Source: Acidobacteriaceae bacterium (lineage in GTDB: Bacteria > Acidobacteriota > Terriglobia > Terriglobales > Acidobacteriaceae). Taken from it: a stretch of DNA of 64,000 nucleotides. This document shows, in pieces, positions 43,104-53,282 of the stretch. The position numbers and the translations under genes are program-made. Every line of letters starts with the position of its first letter. Position 1 is the first letter of the stretch. Location of the stretch: the NCBI GenBank assembly GCA_003168355.1, contig PMSQ01000134.1:7222-71221 (forward strand), in the 5' to 3' direction. Under the pieces are notes generated by a model, which was not told the DNA's origin, searched no databases, and saw only the letters and a list, made by a program, of their open reading frames with translations.

Positions 43104-43856
43104 ATGGCCGAAAATAAATCCGTTCTCCTCAAAATCAAGCGCCAGAACACTCCGACTTCCAAGTCGTACTGGGAAGAGTTCGAACTCGCCCACCATCCGG
43201 GGATGAACGTGATCTCCTCGCTGATGGAGATCGCCGCCAACCCCGTCACCCGCGAGGGCAAGGCCACTTCACCCATCACCTACGACTCGAATTGTCTCGA
43301 AGAAGTCTGCGGCTCCTGTGCCATGCTCATCAATGGACGTGCTCGCATGGCCTGCTCCGCCTTGATTGACAATCTTGAGCAACCGGTCAAACTTGAACCC
43401 TTCTCAAAGTTCCCGGTCGTACGCGATCTGGCCACCGACCGCAGCGTGATCTTCGAGAATCTCAAAGCTGTCAAGGCGTGGGTACCGATCGACGGCACCT
43501 ACGACCTCGGTCCCGGACCGCGCATGACCGCGGAGGAGCAGGAGCAGGCTTATCCCATTTCGCGCTGCATCTCCTGTTGCTGCTGCATGGAGGCTTGCCC
43601 GCAGTTCAATGAAGACACGGGTTTCGTGGGCGCGGCCACCATCGCGCAGGTCCGGCTGTTCAACACGCATCCCACGGGCAAAGCGCTGGAGCGCGAGCGA
43701 CTGGCGGCGCTGATGGGCGATGGCGGCATCCAGGAATGCGGCTACGCGCAGAACTGCGTGGAGGTCTGCCCCAAAGATATTCCTCTGACGAAGGCGATCT
43801 CCGAAGTCGGCGGCGCGGTCATGAAGCAGGCCATCGGCGATCTTTTTCGGCGCTGA
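43104..43856 (+). CDS. sdhB: Succinate dehydrogenase iron-sulfur subunit
   Basis: CLEEVCGSCAMLINGR..., CISCCCCMEACP and CVEVCP clusters. Confidence 0.95.
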   Translation: MAENKSVLLKIKRQNTPTSKSYWEEFELAHHPGMNVISSLMEIAANPVTREGKATSPITYDSNCLEEVCGSCAMLINGRARMACSALIDNLEQPVKLEPFSKFPVVRDLATDRSVIFENLKAVKAWVPIDGTYDLGPGPRMTAEEQEQAYPISRCISCCCCMEACPQFNEDTGFVGAATIAQVRLFNTHPTGKALERERLAALMGDGGIQECGYAQNCVEVCPKDIPLTKAISEVGGAVMKQAIGDLFRR

Positions 43857-43861
43857 TTTAG

Positions 43862-43907
43862 CCTGTGTCCTCTGTACTTGAAAAAATCTTAAATACGGAG
43901 GACACAG
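43862..43907. repeat. Hairpin CCTGTGTCCTC-N25-GAGGACACAG downstream of sdhB (REP-like, possible terminator)
   Basis: 10-bp stem read directly. A related GTGCCCTCTGTG motif lies at about 345-375. Confidence 0.5.
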
Positions 43908-44223
43908 AGTAAAGTACGGGGCCGCTCCCGCAAACGATCTGCGTGATTTTCCGTCTTCTCACCTGCCTATTTTTGTCACTCTTGCCACAACCTGCATTCC
44001 ATCCTCTCGCCGGCTAAACGCTAAGTAACTGCTTCGACAGTACATGAGTTAGCGGTAATCCCGCGCCAGTTGTGGTGTTTGGCGTGCTCCCATCCATGCC
44101 AGAGCGCGTCGCAAAACCAAGGAAGTAACCAGTGGTAACCAAAGCCAGGACGCCCCCAAGAGGCACGCTCGTAACTACCCGGCCTGCAATCAACGGTTGG
44201 ACCACTTGACACCGTGGCATACA

Positions 44224-45018
44224 ATGTCCGGACGGTTCAGGATTAAGCCGGACGGAAGAATAGGGACTGAATTCTTGCAATTAAGACCACATCGTCAACT
44301 GCTCCTTCTTCCCTTGCTGGCATGCTTGTGCAGCCCACTTTTTTCGGCGACCTCCACCAGACTGCATAAAACGGTCCACCACCACACCCGCCATCATCTG
44401 CTGCACTGGACGCTGTGGAATCCGATGTTCCGTCCGACGCACGAATCTCTTTTAGTGCAGAACGCGGAAGTCGACCGGCTGGAATTGCCCCGCATTCAGG
44501 ACGACGACGAATTGGAAGCGCTGAAGGCCAGTGGCGCGCTGCAGCCTATTATCGCGGGCGAGACGCTGCGTTTCGATCCGCGTCTCGATCCTTCGCGCCG
44601 CTTTTGCCGGCCCTGGACGCGCGATTTTGTCCAGGATATCGCGCAAGCCTACTACAACCGTTTCCACCAGCAGATTCAGGTGAATTCCGCGGTTCGCACG
44701 GTAAAGGTTCAGAAGAAGCTTCGCCGGCACAACCGCAATGCGGCTCCGGCAGAAGGCGATACGGCATCGTCCCATCTGGCCGGCCTCACCGTCGATTTGC
44801 AACGCCGCGGCATGAGCCAAGAGCAGATTCATTGGATGGAGCACTACCTCTTCTACATGAAGGCGATCGGACTGGTTGAACCCGAAGAAGAGCGTCACCA
44901 GTGGGTGTTTCACATCATGGTCTCGGGCCGCTACGCGGAGTGGCGCGAAAGCCAGGACATCGTTCCCATGGAGCGCCCCGAGCCCGCCACCATCACTGCC
45001 GACAGCCGACCCGAATAA
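44224..45018 (+). CDS. Secreted LAS/peptidase M15-like protein (DUF5715-like)
   Basis: Hydrophobic signal sequence LLLLPLLACLCSPLFSA. SSHLAGLTVD (SxHxxGxAxD). The start is uncertain (44197, 44224, or TTG at 44275). Confidence 0.55.
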   Translation: MSGRFRIKPDGRIGTEFLQLRPHRQLLLLPLLACLCSPLFSATSTRLHKTVHHHTRHHLLHWTLWNPMFRPTHESLLVQNAEVDRLELPRIQDDDELEALKASGALQPIIAGETLRFDPRLDPSRRFCRPWTRDFVQDIAQAYYNRFHQQIQVNSAVRTVKVQKKLRRHNRNAAPAEGDTASSHLAGLTVDLQRRGMSQEQIHWMEHYLFYMKAIGLVEPEEERHQWVFHIMVSGRYAEWRESQDIVPMERPEPATITADSRPE

Positions 45019-45021
45019 TCC

Positions 45022-45406
45022 TCACACGGCATATTGCGCTTCGCCGTTGCCAAACGACCAGTTCTCCCAGGCAACTTCGACCAGATTGACCATCAGGTCA
45101 TGCGGCTGGAGTCCTGGGTTTTCTGCCAGAATCTCTGACATGCGCTCAATCAGCTTCCGCTTCTGCGCCAGCTTGCGTCCGGTTGAGAGCGTGATCTGTA
45201 CCATCACAATGTCGTCCGTCCGTTTGATCCCGAGATACGTGGGGTCATAGATCAAACCGCTTGCCGGATGCTCCGTAATAATTTGGAAGCGGTCCTGCGC
45301 CGGCACATCCACGCCTTCCACCAATGCCCGGTGCACTCCATCAGCCAGAGCCTTTTTATATTCTTCGCTTTTTGCCTTCGCGTAAGGAAATTCGCACCAG
45401 TGGCAT
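45022..45406 (-). pseudogene. Tautomerase-family (4-OT superfamily, ~127 aa) gene interrupted by a 1-nt frameshift
   Basis: AGGAGG-N5-ATG at 45406 opens MPLVRISLREGKKRRI*. The +1 frame continues ...SEEYKKALADGVHRALVEGVDVPAQDRFQ...WSFGNGEAQYAV*. The frames join at an A5 run (T5 on the + strand, 45369-45373). Confidence 0.8.
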
Positions 45407-45639
45407 CCCTGCCTCCTTTGAAGTTGAAACTATTGTCTCTACAGGATGGATGAATCTAGCCCCTAGCGCGATTCACGGGCCAGCGTATCCGACCGTGCTT
45501 TAAGCCTTTTCATCAGTCTTAAGCCGCATATGCAGGACGAGGCTGCCGCAAGAATAGGGGCAGCGCTATTTGAGACAGGGGGCGTTATGAGTAACTGAAC
45601 AGGCAGAGCTTGCACTCGATCCGATGAGAAGAAGATTAA

Positions 45640-45683
45640 GCGCAGATCATCGAGATTGATAATCCGAGATCGATGATCTGCGC
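45640..45683. terminator. Hairpin GCGCAGATCATCG-N18-CGATGATCTGCGC downstream of the 45745..46770 gene
   Basis: 13-bp perfect stem. The flanks are A/T-rich but lack a clean T-tract. Confidence 0.4.
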
Positions 45684-45744
45684 CTTATTTAACGAGTGAC
45701 TTGTGTGAGACAGGCGGCCAAGTCGAGACCGGCAAAGTGAATTT

Positions 45745-46770
45745 TCAGTTCGATTCGGTGAACTGAATCGAGGGTGATGAACCGCTCGCGGTGCTGCACT
45801 TGCCCAGATTCAAGTTATTGGTCTCTCCGGTTGAGCCCGCATTCGCGACGCAAGTTGGGGCTGAGGTGGTGCCGTCCGTCAGCGCTACTTTCACGGCGAT
45901 CGAGACAGGCTCATTAAAATCTGCTCGCGAACCGCCAGCGTCGCCGACAATGTTAAATTCGGACTGCTTCCAAACCTGCGAGATATCAAGCACGCTGTCG
46001 GAGCCGCTAACGGAGTAGGCAGTGGTTCCATCCGTGAATACCACCGTATCTTTGCCGCCCGCTTCCGCAGCGGCCGAGAGCGACAGCTTGGCAAGCGAAG
46101 TAGCCTTCACATCGGGCGCCGGTACGTACTTGCTGTTCCCGTAGCAATCGCCCTCGTCGTCAGTGGCGAAACCGCTCGGACAAGCCGAGTCGCCCCAGCC
46201 GATCAGCCAATACTGCATGAAAACAGCCGCTTCGCCCTTGACTGGATAGTCCGTCGCGTAAATGAATTGTTGCCAGACGACACAATCGGTATGATTCTTA
46301 CACGCCGCTGTGGTGCCCTCGAAGTCCGTATTGAGCTGAAGTGAGTATTCATTCGGCCCGAGGATGCCTCCGTCTCCGAACGCGGCCACCCCGACACTTT
46401 TCTCGGATTTTACACCCGTGACCGTCGGGAAGGTTCCAAGGGTTGCGCTAATCAGCCCCGGCGCTTGCGCTACATAGTCGTGACCGTTGCCCGTCACCTG
46501 TTCCGCGCCAGGCTTGTGGAAGGCTGGATGAACGCGTGGATGCAATTCTTTGCACTCCACCTGTTCCCAGATTGTGTTGGGATAAGATGCCTGAAAGCAC
46601 CCCTCCCCCTGTTGGGTGTTGTGCGCCATTTCCGCGCGCCAATTGTCGAGCGCTGCAGCCTCCGCGTCGGCGGTCTGTCCAACGGAAACGGGCTGGCAGC
46701 AAATGCTGATAAGGGCTGCGGCCGCGATGTGCAGTGCATAGTGCGAGTACCGGGTTTTCCTGGGCGTCAT
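45745..46770 (-). CDS. Secreted hypothetical protein, possibly a distant peptidase G1 (eqolisin)/ConA-like fold
   Basis: Signal peptide, several Cys pairs, and a motif order reminiscent of eqolisins (see findings). Confidence 0.6.
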   Translation of the reverse strand: MTPRKTRYSHYALHIAAAALISICCQPVSVGQTADAEAAALDNWRAEMAHNTQQGEGCFQASYPNTIWEQVECKELHPRVHPAFHKPGAEQVTGNGHDYVAQAPGLISATLGTFPTVTGVKSEKSVGVAAFGDGGILGPNEYSLQLNTDFEGTTAACKNHTDCVVWQQFIYATDYPVKGEAAVFMQYWLIGWGDSACPSGFATDDEGDCYGNSKYVPAPDVKATSLAKLSLSAAAEAGGKDTVVFTDGTTAYSVSGSDSVLDISQVWKQSEFNIVGDAGGSRADFNEPVSIAVKVALTDGTTSAPTCVANAGSTGETNNLNLGKCSTASGSSPSIQFTESN

Positions 46771-46903
46771 AGACTTCTCCTTAAATTATTCAAGTGATTG
46801 CAACTTGTGCGACATTTTTTTGACCTCAAGAGCGGCGCAATTTTACCCTTGCATTGCCTGACCCGCAAGTGTGAATTTAAATGCATCGTGCTTTAATACA
46901 TCG

Positions 46904-47419
46904 ATGATCGTGCTCATGGCGGGCCTTCCTGGAACCGGCAAAACCACTCTTGCCCGCGAGTTGGCCGCCCGCACTTCCGGCCGCGTGCTCAGCAAAGACG
47001 AGATCCGCCACGCTCTGTTTTCCGCCGACGAAATCGAATACTCTTCGCCCCAGGATGACTTTTGTTTGCAGATCATGCTTGAAACCGCCCATTATCTGCT
47101 GGGGAAGGATTCAAAGCGCATTCTCTTTCTCGACGGCCGCCCTTTCTCTCGCCGCTACCAGATCGACAATGTAGTGAACGCAGCGGCCTCCCTGCACCAG
47201 AGCTGGCGCATCCTCGAGTGCGTGTGCCCTCAAGAAATCTCCAGACAGCGTCTGGAGGATCATTCCGCCTTGGGCACACACCCCGCAGGAAATCGCAATT
47301 TCCAGCTCTATCTTGAAGTGAGATCGAGATTTGAAGCGATCACTTTGCCCAAGACCGTGATCGATACGGGCGCATCGATCGAAGTCTGCGTCGAGCAGGC
47401 GTTGGCAGCGTTCCGCTGA
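46904..47419 (+). CDS. P-loop ATPase/kinase (AAA_33-like)
   Basis: MIVLMAGLPGTGKTTLAREL Walker A motif at the N-terminus. The ORF track start at 46871 is a GTG. Confidence 0.7.
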   Translation: MIVLMAGLPGTGKTTLARELAARTSGRVLSKDEIRHALFSADEIEYSSPQDDFCLQIMLETAHYLLGKDSKRILFLDGRPFSRRYQIDNVVNAAASLHQSWRILECVCPQEISRQRLEDHSALGTHPAGNRNFQLYLEVRSRFEAITLPKTVIDTGASIEVCVEQALAAFR

Positions 47420-47511
47420 ATTGTTTTCTTTCGCCGCGCTACGCCTATACAATCGTTGCCGATACAATCGTGTTCGCAGAAAGATCGACATTGCCTCGCC
47501 GCGCAAATCCT

Positions 47512-48771
47512 ATGACTCGTTTCCAGATGTTTTTGCTCTCGTGCCTGGTTCTTGCCGCTACCTCGGCGGCGGCCCAATCCACAAGTCCGCCGGATAATCC
47601 TGTCAGCGCTCAGGCTCGGGCTATTCAGGAGTCCGCTATTATCGTCGACACTCACGCCGACACGCCTCAGCGCTTTCTCGACGAAGGCTTCGACATTGGC
47701 TCGACCGACCCAAACGATATTGGCCATCTCAGCCTCGATAAAGCCCGCCGCGGCAACCTGGGGGCGGAGTTTTTCTCCATCTGGGTCGATCCCGAAATCA
47801 ATCAAGGCCACTTCGCGCAGCACACTTTCGATCTTATCGACTCCGTCTACGAGCAGGCGGCGCACCATCCTGACCGCTTGATGATGGCTTTTTCCGTGGC
47901 GGACATCGAGCGCGCACACAAAGAACACAAGCTGGCTGCGCTGATGGGCATCGAAGGCGGCCACTCCATCGAGAACGACATGCACCTGCTGCGCGATTAC
48001 TACCGCCTCGGCGTGCGCTACATGACGCTTTCCTGGTCGAACACCAACGAATGGGCCGATTCCTCCGGCGACATCGACGACCCCAAGATTCAGCATCACA
48101 ACGGCCTCACCGATTTCGGCAAGCAGGTTGTGCTGGAGATGAATCGCCTCGGCATGATAGTCGACATTTCTCATGTAGCCGATAAGACTTTCTGGGACGC
48201 AATCGCCACCACGAAGGCTCCGGTGATTGCTTCGCACTCCTCGGCGCGCGCCCTCGTGGACGCGCCTCGCAATATGACCGATGAGATGCTGCGCGCGGTA
48301 GCGAAGAACGGCGGCGTGGTTCAGGTAAACTTTTTTTCTGGTTTCGTGGACGAAGATTATCACAAGGCGATGCTGGCCCAGGAAAAAGATCAGGCCGCCG
48401 CGATTCAAAAGTATATCGACTCGTTAAGGGCGCAGGGCAAGCCGGTCAATTACCTTGAAGTCGATCGCATACAGCGGGAGTGGACGGCGAAGATCCCGCG
48501 TCCTCCCTTCAAGTCGCTGATCGATCACATTGATCACATCGCCAAAGTCGCGGGTGTAGATCACGTGGGCCTGGGCTCGGACTTCGACGGCGTCAGCGGC
48601 GCCACGCCTCAAGGAATGGACTCCGCGGCCGACTTGCCCCGGATCACGCAATCCCTGCTCGATCGCGGATATAGCGCCGACGACATCAAGAAGATTCTCG
48701 GCGGCAATCTGCTGCGCGTCTTCCGGCAAGTCGAAACCGTCAGCCGCGGAATGCAGGCCCAGCCCCACTGA
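47512..48771 (+). CDS. Membrane dipeptidase (peptidase M19)
   Basis: Signal peptide. VDTHADTP...EGG..I...LSW..N...ISH..D pattern. Confidence 0.9.
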   Translation: MTRFQMFLLSCLVLAATSAAAQSTSPPDNPVSAQARAIQESAIIVDTHADTPQRFLDEGFDIGSTDPNDIGHLSLDKARRGNLGAEFFSIWVDPEINQGHFAQHTFDLIDSVYEQAAHHPDRLMMAFSVADIERAHKEHKLAALMGIEGGHSIENDMHLLRDYYRLGVRYMTLSWSNTNEWADSSGDIDDPKIQHHNGLTDFGKQVVLEMNRLGMIVDISHVADKTFWDAIATTKAPVIASHSSARALVDAPRNMTDEMLRAVAKNGGVVQVNFFSGFVDEDYHKAMLAQEKDQAAAIQKYIDSLRAQGKPVNYLEVDRIQREWTAKIPRPPFKSLIDHIDHIAKVAGVDHVGLGSDFDGVSGATPQGMDSAADLPRITQSLLDRGYSADDIKKILGGNLLRVFRQVETVSRGMQAQPH

Positions 48772-48879
48772 TGTCAAGCTGTATGGCTTCCCGGTCGTGC
48801 TTGCCCTGTCCTGCTTTCGTTGTCGTACAATGCAACGTTGTCCCAAACGTCGTAAGACCTGCAGATGCGAGGAGTAATT

Positions 48880-49593
48880 ATGCGTAACGTTTTCATAGTT
48901 GTGGTTCTGCTCTGTGCGGGTGCGCTCTCCTGGGCGCAGTCAAGTTCTCAGGCCGCACCCGCAGCCAAGCCTCCGGTCCACCATCCGGCGGCGGCGGGTG
49001 CTCCGACAGCGATCATCGACACCACGGTAGGAAAGATGACATGCACCCTCTTCCCAGACAAAGCGCCTATCGGAGTCGCCAACTTCATTGGTCTCGCCAC
49101 CGGCACCAACGACTGGACGACGGTGAAAGGAGTGACCAAGCACGGCGTTCCACTCTACGATGGCACGATTTTTCATCGCGTAATTCCCGGTTTCATGATT
49201 CAGGGGGGCGATCCGGCCGGCGACGGAAGCGGCGACCCGGGATACAAGTTCAAGAACGAGGTTTCCTCCGACCTGCTGTTCGACAAGCCGGGCCGTCTCG
49301 CCTATGCCAACTCCGGTCCCGACACGAACGGTTCGCAGTTCTTCATCACCGAGTTGCCAACGCCGCACCTCAACGGAAGCTACACCATCTTCGGCCAGTG
49401 TGACGACGCCACAGTCACACTGGTGAAGGAGATCGCGCGCATGGCCACCGACCCCATGAACAACCGCCCATTCCGGCCGGTGAAGATTACGCACATCACA
49501 ATTACTCACGCGTCCGCCGCGGCGGCCAAACCGGCGACGACCGTGAAGAAGGCAGCCCCGGCTCCGGCGAAACCATCGCCCACGCCGAATTAG
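48880..49593 (+). CDS. Secreted cyclophilin-type peptidyl-prolyl isomerase
   Basis: GAGGAG SD before the ATG at 48880. FHRVIPGFMIQGGDP...ANSGPDTNGSQFFIT. Confidence 0.9.
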   Translation: MRNVFIVVVLLCAGALSWAQSSSQAAPAAKPPVHHPAAAGAPTAIIDTTVGKMTCTLFPDKAPIGVANFIGLATGTNDWTTVKGVTKHGVPLYDGTIFHRVIPGFMIQGGDPAGDGSGDPGYKFKNEVSSDLLFDKPGRLAYANSGPDTNGSQFFITELPTPHLNGSYTIFGQCDDATVTLVKEIARMATDPMNNRPFRPVKITHITITHASAAAAKPATTVKKAAPAPAKPSPTPN

Positions 49594-49620
49594 CCCGCGG
49601 CCAAGACAGCTTTGGCCCGC

Positions 49621-49648
49621 CACCAACGACGAGCGACAACGCCAACTT
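49621..49648 (+). repeat. Period-7 degenerate repeat (CACCAAC GACGAGC GACAACG CCAACTT) in the leader of the second cyclophilin gene
   Basis: Read directly. Same CGAC/CAAC flavour as the pdxT leader. Confidence 0.55.
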
Positions 49649-49660
49649 TGAAAGGAACTC

Positions 49661-50188
49661 ATGACCCGCCAACCCGGACTCTATGCCACGTTTGAAACCA
49701 GCGAAGGCAACATCGTTTGCCGCCTCTTCGACAAAGAGGCGCCCAAAACCGTAGCCAATTTTATGGAGCTCGCAGAAGGCAAGCGCGAGTGGACCCATCC
49801 CTCGACGCGCAAGAAATCCAAAGACCCGTTATATGACGGAACGATTTTTCATCGTGTGATCCCCGACTTCATGATCCAGGGCGGCGACCCGCAAGGCACC
49901 GGCATGGGAGGCCCCGGCTACCAGTTCGAAGACGAAACCAAGGGCTCGCCCCACAAACTGGACAAGGCGGGAAAATTGGCCATGGCCAATGCCGGTCCCA
50001 ACACCAACGGCTCACAGTTCTTCATCACGGTCGCGCCCACGACTTGGCTGACCGGAAAACACACTATTTTCGGCGAGGTCATCGAGGGCCAGGATGTGGT
50101 ACAGAAGATTTCCGAAGTCCCGCGGGGCCGCCAGGATAAGCCGAACAAGGATGTGGTGGTGAAGAAGGTAACGATCGAGCGGATATGA
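49661..50188 (+). CDS. Cytoplasmic cyclophilin-type peptidyl-prolyl isomerase
   Basis: FHRVIPDFMIQGGDPQGTGMGGPGY...ANAGPNTNGSQFFIT. Confidence 0.95.
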   Translation: MTRQPGLYATFETSEGNIVCRLFDKEAPKTVANFMELAEGKREWTHPSTRKKSKDPLYDGTIFHRVIPDFMIQGGDPQGTGMGGPGYQFEDETKGSPHKLDKAGKLAMANAGPNTNGSQFFITVAPTTWLTGKHTIFGEVIEGQDVVQKISEVPRGRQDKPNKDVVVKKVTIERI

Positions 50189-50248
50189 GCCGGCAATCCG
50201 CTCCGATTCGTTGACTTGCCCCACACGCCCACGTAGGATTCTTCTCCA

Positions 50249-52699
50249 GTGATCGGGCAAACTATCTCGCACTACCGGACGGTTGAAAAGCTCGGCGGTG
50301 GCGGCATGGGGGTGGTCTATAAGGCGGAAGACCTCAAGCTCCGTCGCTTCGTGGCTCTGAAATTTCTCCCTGACGAAGTCGCCAAAGACCCTCAGGCGCT
50401 GGCGCGTTTTCAACGCGAAGCCCAGGCAGCTTCCGCGTTGAACCATCCCAACATCTGCACCATCTACGAGATTGACGAGCAGGATGGCCAGGCCTTCATC
50501 GCCATGGAGTTCCTGGACGGCCTCACGCTGAAGCACGCCATTGGTTCGCGGCCCATGGACAATGACACGCTGGTAAACCTGGCGATTGAAATCGCCGACG
50601 CGCTCGACGCCGCCCACGCGGAAGGTATTGTTCACCGTGACATCAAGCCGGCGAATATCTTCGTGACCAAACGCGGCCACGCCAAAATCCTCGACTTCGG
50701 CTTGGCGAAAGTTGGAGCGGGCAGGGGCGCACAAAAACCGTCTGCCGATAATTTGCAAACGATGGACGACGCCCACCTTACCAGCCCAGGCACGATGCTG
50801 GGCACCGTGGCCTACATGTCGCCGGAGCAGGTGCGGGGCCGCGACCTGGATGCCCGCAGCGATCTGTTCTCGTTTGGCGCCGTCCTGTATGAGATGGCGA
50901 CCGGCGACGTTCCCTTCCACGGAGAGAGCTCGGCGGTGATTTGCGAGGCCATCATGAATCGCGCACCGGTGCCAATCGTGCGGCTGAATCGCGACGTTCC
51001 TGCCAAGCTGGAAGACATCATTAACAAAGCCTTGGAGAAGGACAGTAATCTGCGTTATCAGCACGCCTCGGAGATGCGCAGCGACCTGCAGCGTTTGAAG
51101 CGGGACACGGACTCAGGGCGTAGCCCGTTGTTAGTGGATTCGGGAAGCTCGGCGCGCTCCATGGGCCCGGCAAGTTCAGGCCAGCGCAGCGCGGTCGCCG
51201 AGAGTAGCCCTACCGCCGCTGTTGCGCCGAAACGTTCTTACGGAAAAATCGCGCTGGTTGCTGCTGCGGTTGCGATCGTGGCGCTGGCCGCCGTCGTCTT
51301 CTGGCAAACACGGCATCAAACTGCGCCTGCCGCGAGCTCTGCCGGTCCCAAAACCCTCGCAGTCCTCCCCCTGCAAAACCTGGGAGGGGACAAGGATCTG
51401 GATTTTCTTCGCCTTGCCCTGGCCGACGAAATTGCCACTTCGCTCAGTTACGTTCCGTCGCTTTCCATCCGTCCGTTTGCGACGACCAGCAAGTACGACT
51501 CTCCCACGCTCGACTTGCAGGAGGCCGGTCACGCCATGCACGTGACGGACGTAGTCACCGGACACTTTCTGAAAGAAGGCTCCCAGCTCCAGATCACGCT
51601 GGAAGCGATTGACGTGGAGAACAACCGCACTGTGTGGCGCGATACCATGACCGTCGCCGCGCCCGATATGATCGCCCTGCGAGGGCAGATCACTGCCAAG
51701 GTTCGTCAGGGTCTTGCCCCCGCTCTGGGCGGGGGCACAAATTCGTCGGAAGGCGCAACGCGTCCGAAAAACGAAGAGGCTTACGATTTATACCTGCGCA
51801 GCATCGCGCTGCCGCACGATCCGCTTCCCAACAAAGACGCCATCGCCATGCTGGAGCGGGCGGTTGGGCTGGACCCCAACTACGCCCCCGCGTGGGGCGC
51901 GCTGGGGCTTCGCTACCATTACGATGCGGCTTACTCGAACGGAGGTGACGCAGCGTTCCAGCGTTCTAACAGCGCATTCGAACGGGCGCTGGGTCTCGAT
52001 CCGAACCTCGTCAGCGCAGCGAGCCAACTAATCACGACTCGCGTCGAAAGAGGGGAGATCGTCAAGGCCTACCAGGCCGCGAAGGCGCTGGTGACGGCGC
52101 ATCCGGAGAATGCGAATGCGCACTTCGCGCTGGCGTACGTGCTGCGCTACGGCGGAGCGGTCGAGGAATCGGCGCACGAATGTGACACGGCGCTCGCGCT
52201 TGATCCGGGAAATTACACCTTCCGCTCCTGCATATTTGCCTTCGACCAATTGGGCAACTATGCGAGGGGGGCGGAATTTGTTCAGTTGGATGCGGGATCG
52301 GTTTACGCAGAGGACAACATGATGCGGCATTACCTGCGCGAGGGAAATGTGGTGCGGGCAAAGGAAATCGCGGCGAAGCTGAAGCCGAAGATTGTGGGGT
52401 GTCTCAGCGATTCGCCGGCACCGAACCAGGCCGCCCTCGATCGGCAAGCGGAAGCCGCGATTTTGGCCGATCCTGACCCTGAACCGCATTACGTGCTTGC
52501 GCAAGACTTCCTCTTCTGCGGCTACAAAGAAATAGCTCTGGAGATGATCAAGAACGCCATCGACCATCACTTCTGCGCCTACTCAGGGTTGCAGAACGAT
52601 TCGGCGTGGGCAAAGCTGAGGGGTATGCCGGAGTTTGCGGAGCTGGTCTCGGCGGCGAAGAAATGCCGGGATGACTTTATGGCGGAGAGAGACAAGTAA
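50249..52699 (+). CDS. Ser/Thr protein kinase with a TM segment and an extracytoplasmic TolB-N-like/TPR region
   Basis: [22 protein letters not shown] and SPE motifs, then one TM and TPR-like helices. Confidence 0.9.
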   Translation: MIGQTISHYRTVEKLGGGGMGVVYKAEDLKLRRFVALKFLPDEVAKDPQALARFQREAQAASALNHPNICTIYEIDEQDGQAFIAMEFLDGLTLKHAIGSRPMDNDTLVNLAIEIADALDAAHAEGIVHRDIKPANIFVTKRGHAKILDFGLAKVGAGRGAQKPSADNLQTMDDAHLTSPGTMLGTVAYMSPEQVRGRDLDARSDLFSFGAVLYEMATGDVPFHGESSAVICEAIMNRAPVPIVRLNRDVPAKLEDIINKALEKDSNLRYQHASEMRSDLQRLKRDTDSGRSPLLVDSGSSARSMGPASSGQRSAVAESSPTAAVAPKRSYGKIALVAAAVAIVALAAVVFWQTRHQTAPAASSAGPKTLAVLPLQNLGGDKDLDFLRLALADEIATSLSYVPSLSIRPFATTSKYDSPTLDLQEAGHAMHVTDVVTGHFLKEGSQLQITLEAIDVENNRTVWRDTMTVAAPDMIALRGQITAKVRQGLAPALGGGTNSSEGATRPKNEEAYDLYLRSIALPHDPLPNKDAIAMLERAVGLDPNYAPAWGALGLRYHYDAAYSNGGDAAFQRSNSAFERALGLDPNLVSAASQLITTRVERGEIVKAYQAAKALVTAHPENANAHFALAYVLRYGGAVEESAHECDTALALDPGNYTFRSCIFAFDQLGNYARGAEFVQLDAGSVYAEDNMMRHYLREGNVVRAKEIAAKLKPKIVGCLSDSPAPNQAALDRQAEAAILADPDPEPHYVLAQDFLFCGYKEIALEMIKNAIDHHFCAYSGLQNDSAWAKLRGMPEFAELVSAAKKCRDDFMAERDK

Positions 52700-52736
52700 G
52701 GCGAGACGCGGAAGATTTCGGAGCGGGTTCGGGAAG

Positions 52737-52793
52737 GGCACGACTTCAGTCGTGCCGTCGAGCGTTGAAAATACGTCCGCGCTTCAGCGCCGG
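52737..52793. repeat. REP family C hairpins (GGCACGAC-TTCA-GTCGTGCC; CGCGC-TTCA-GCGCCG)
   Basis: Read directly. Overlaps the 3' end of the antitoxin-like ORF. Confidence 0.75.
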
Positions 52794-53101
52794 AGGTAAG
52801 CTTTTGATTTGCGCGGCGAATTCCTCCGCGACTTCTTCCCGCCAATCTCTTTCTCGTCGACATCGGCCGCTGCATTCCAGTCGCTAAGGCTGCCGGTCGG
52901 ACCGACGATATCGCCGATAATGTGCGCCATCCCAACCATACACCCAAGCCAACTCGCGGCACGCTTCGCTCGTGCCACCGGTACGATTTCAGCCAGAGGC
53001 TTTCTCAAATGGGTCACTCGAATCGGTTGGCGCGTCTTGCGCACCTGCTCGAAGATTGCCGAGTACTTAGCCCTAAATTCGGAAATGCCGATTTCTTTCA
53101 T
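52784..53101 (-). CDS. Phd/YefM-type antitoxin-like protein with no cognate toxin gene
   Basis: ISEFRAKYSAIFEQVRKTRQPIRVTHLRKPLAEIVP...IIGDIVGP...DW is the prevent-host-death pattern. The ~25-aa tail reads into REP sequence. Confidence 0.65.
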   Translation of the reverse strand: MKEIGISEFRAKYSAIFEQVRKTRQPIRVTHLRKPLAEIVPVARAKRAASWLGCMVGMAHIIGDIVGPTGSLSDWNAAADVDEKEIGGKKSRRNSPRKSKAYLRR

Positions 53102-53282
53102 TCAGACTATATTCTTACCATGAGGCGAAGAGCGCGTAACATTAGAAAAGAGCAATCGCGGCGCGAGGACAGCTATGAAGTTGCCATGCGCCGATTTCTT
53201 GCGCGTAAGACTCTTCCGAAAACCGGAGGGCCGCTACCTTTTCGCGTGAAGAGACGCATGACGGTGCCCGTAGGCATCAGCC

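Noticed and set aside
45369-45373. dnaX-like programmed -1 frameshift at the tautomerase A-run
   Set aside because: The required shift is +1, not -1. The run is C-AAA-AAG, not the full A-AAA-AAG heptamer. A mutation or a homopolymer sequencing error is the simpler explanation. This is kept as a finding, not as recoding.
47308-48408. 366-aa ORF antisense to the M19 dipeptidase gene
   Set aside because: Same reasoning: a long open antisense frame in GC-rich coding DNA.
50012-51064. 350-aa ORF antisense to the cyclophilin and kinase genes
   Set aside because: It spans two well-supported genes and their intergenic region on the opposite strand, and no family features are present.
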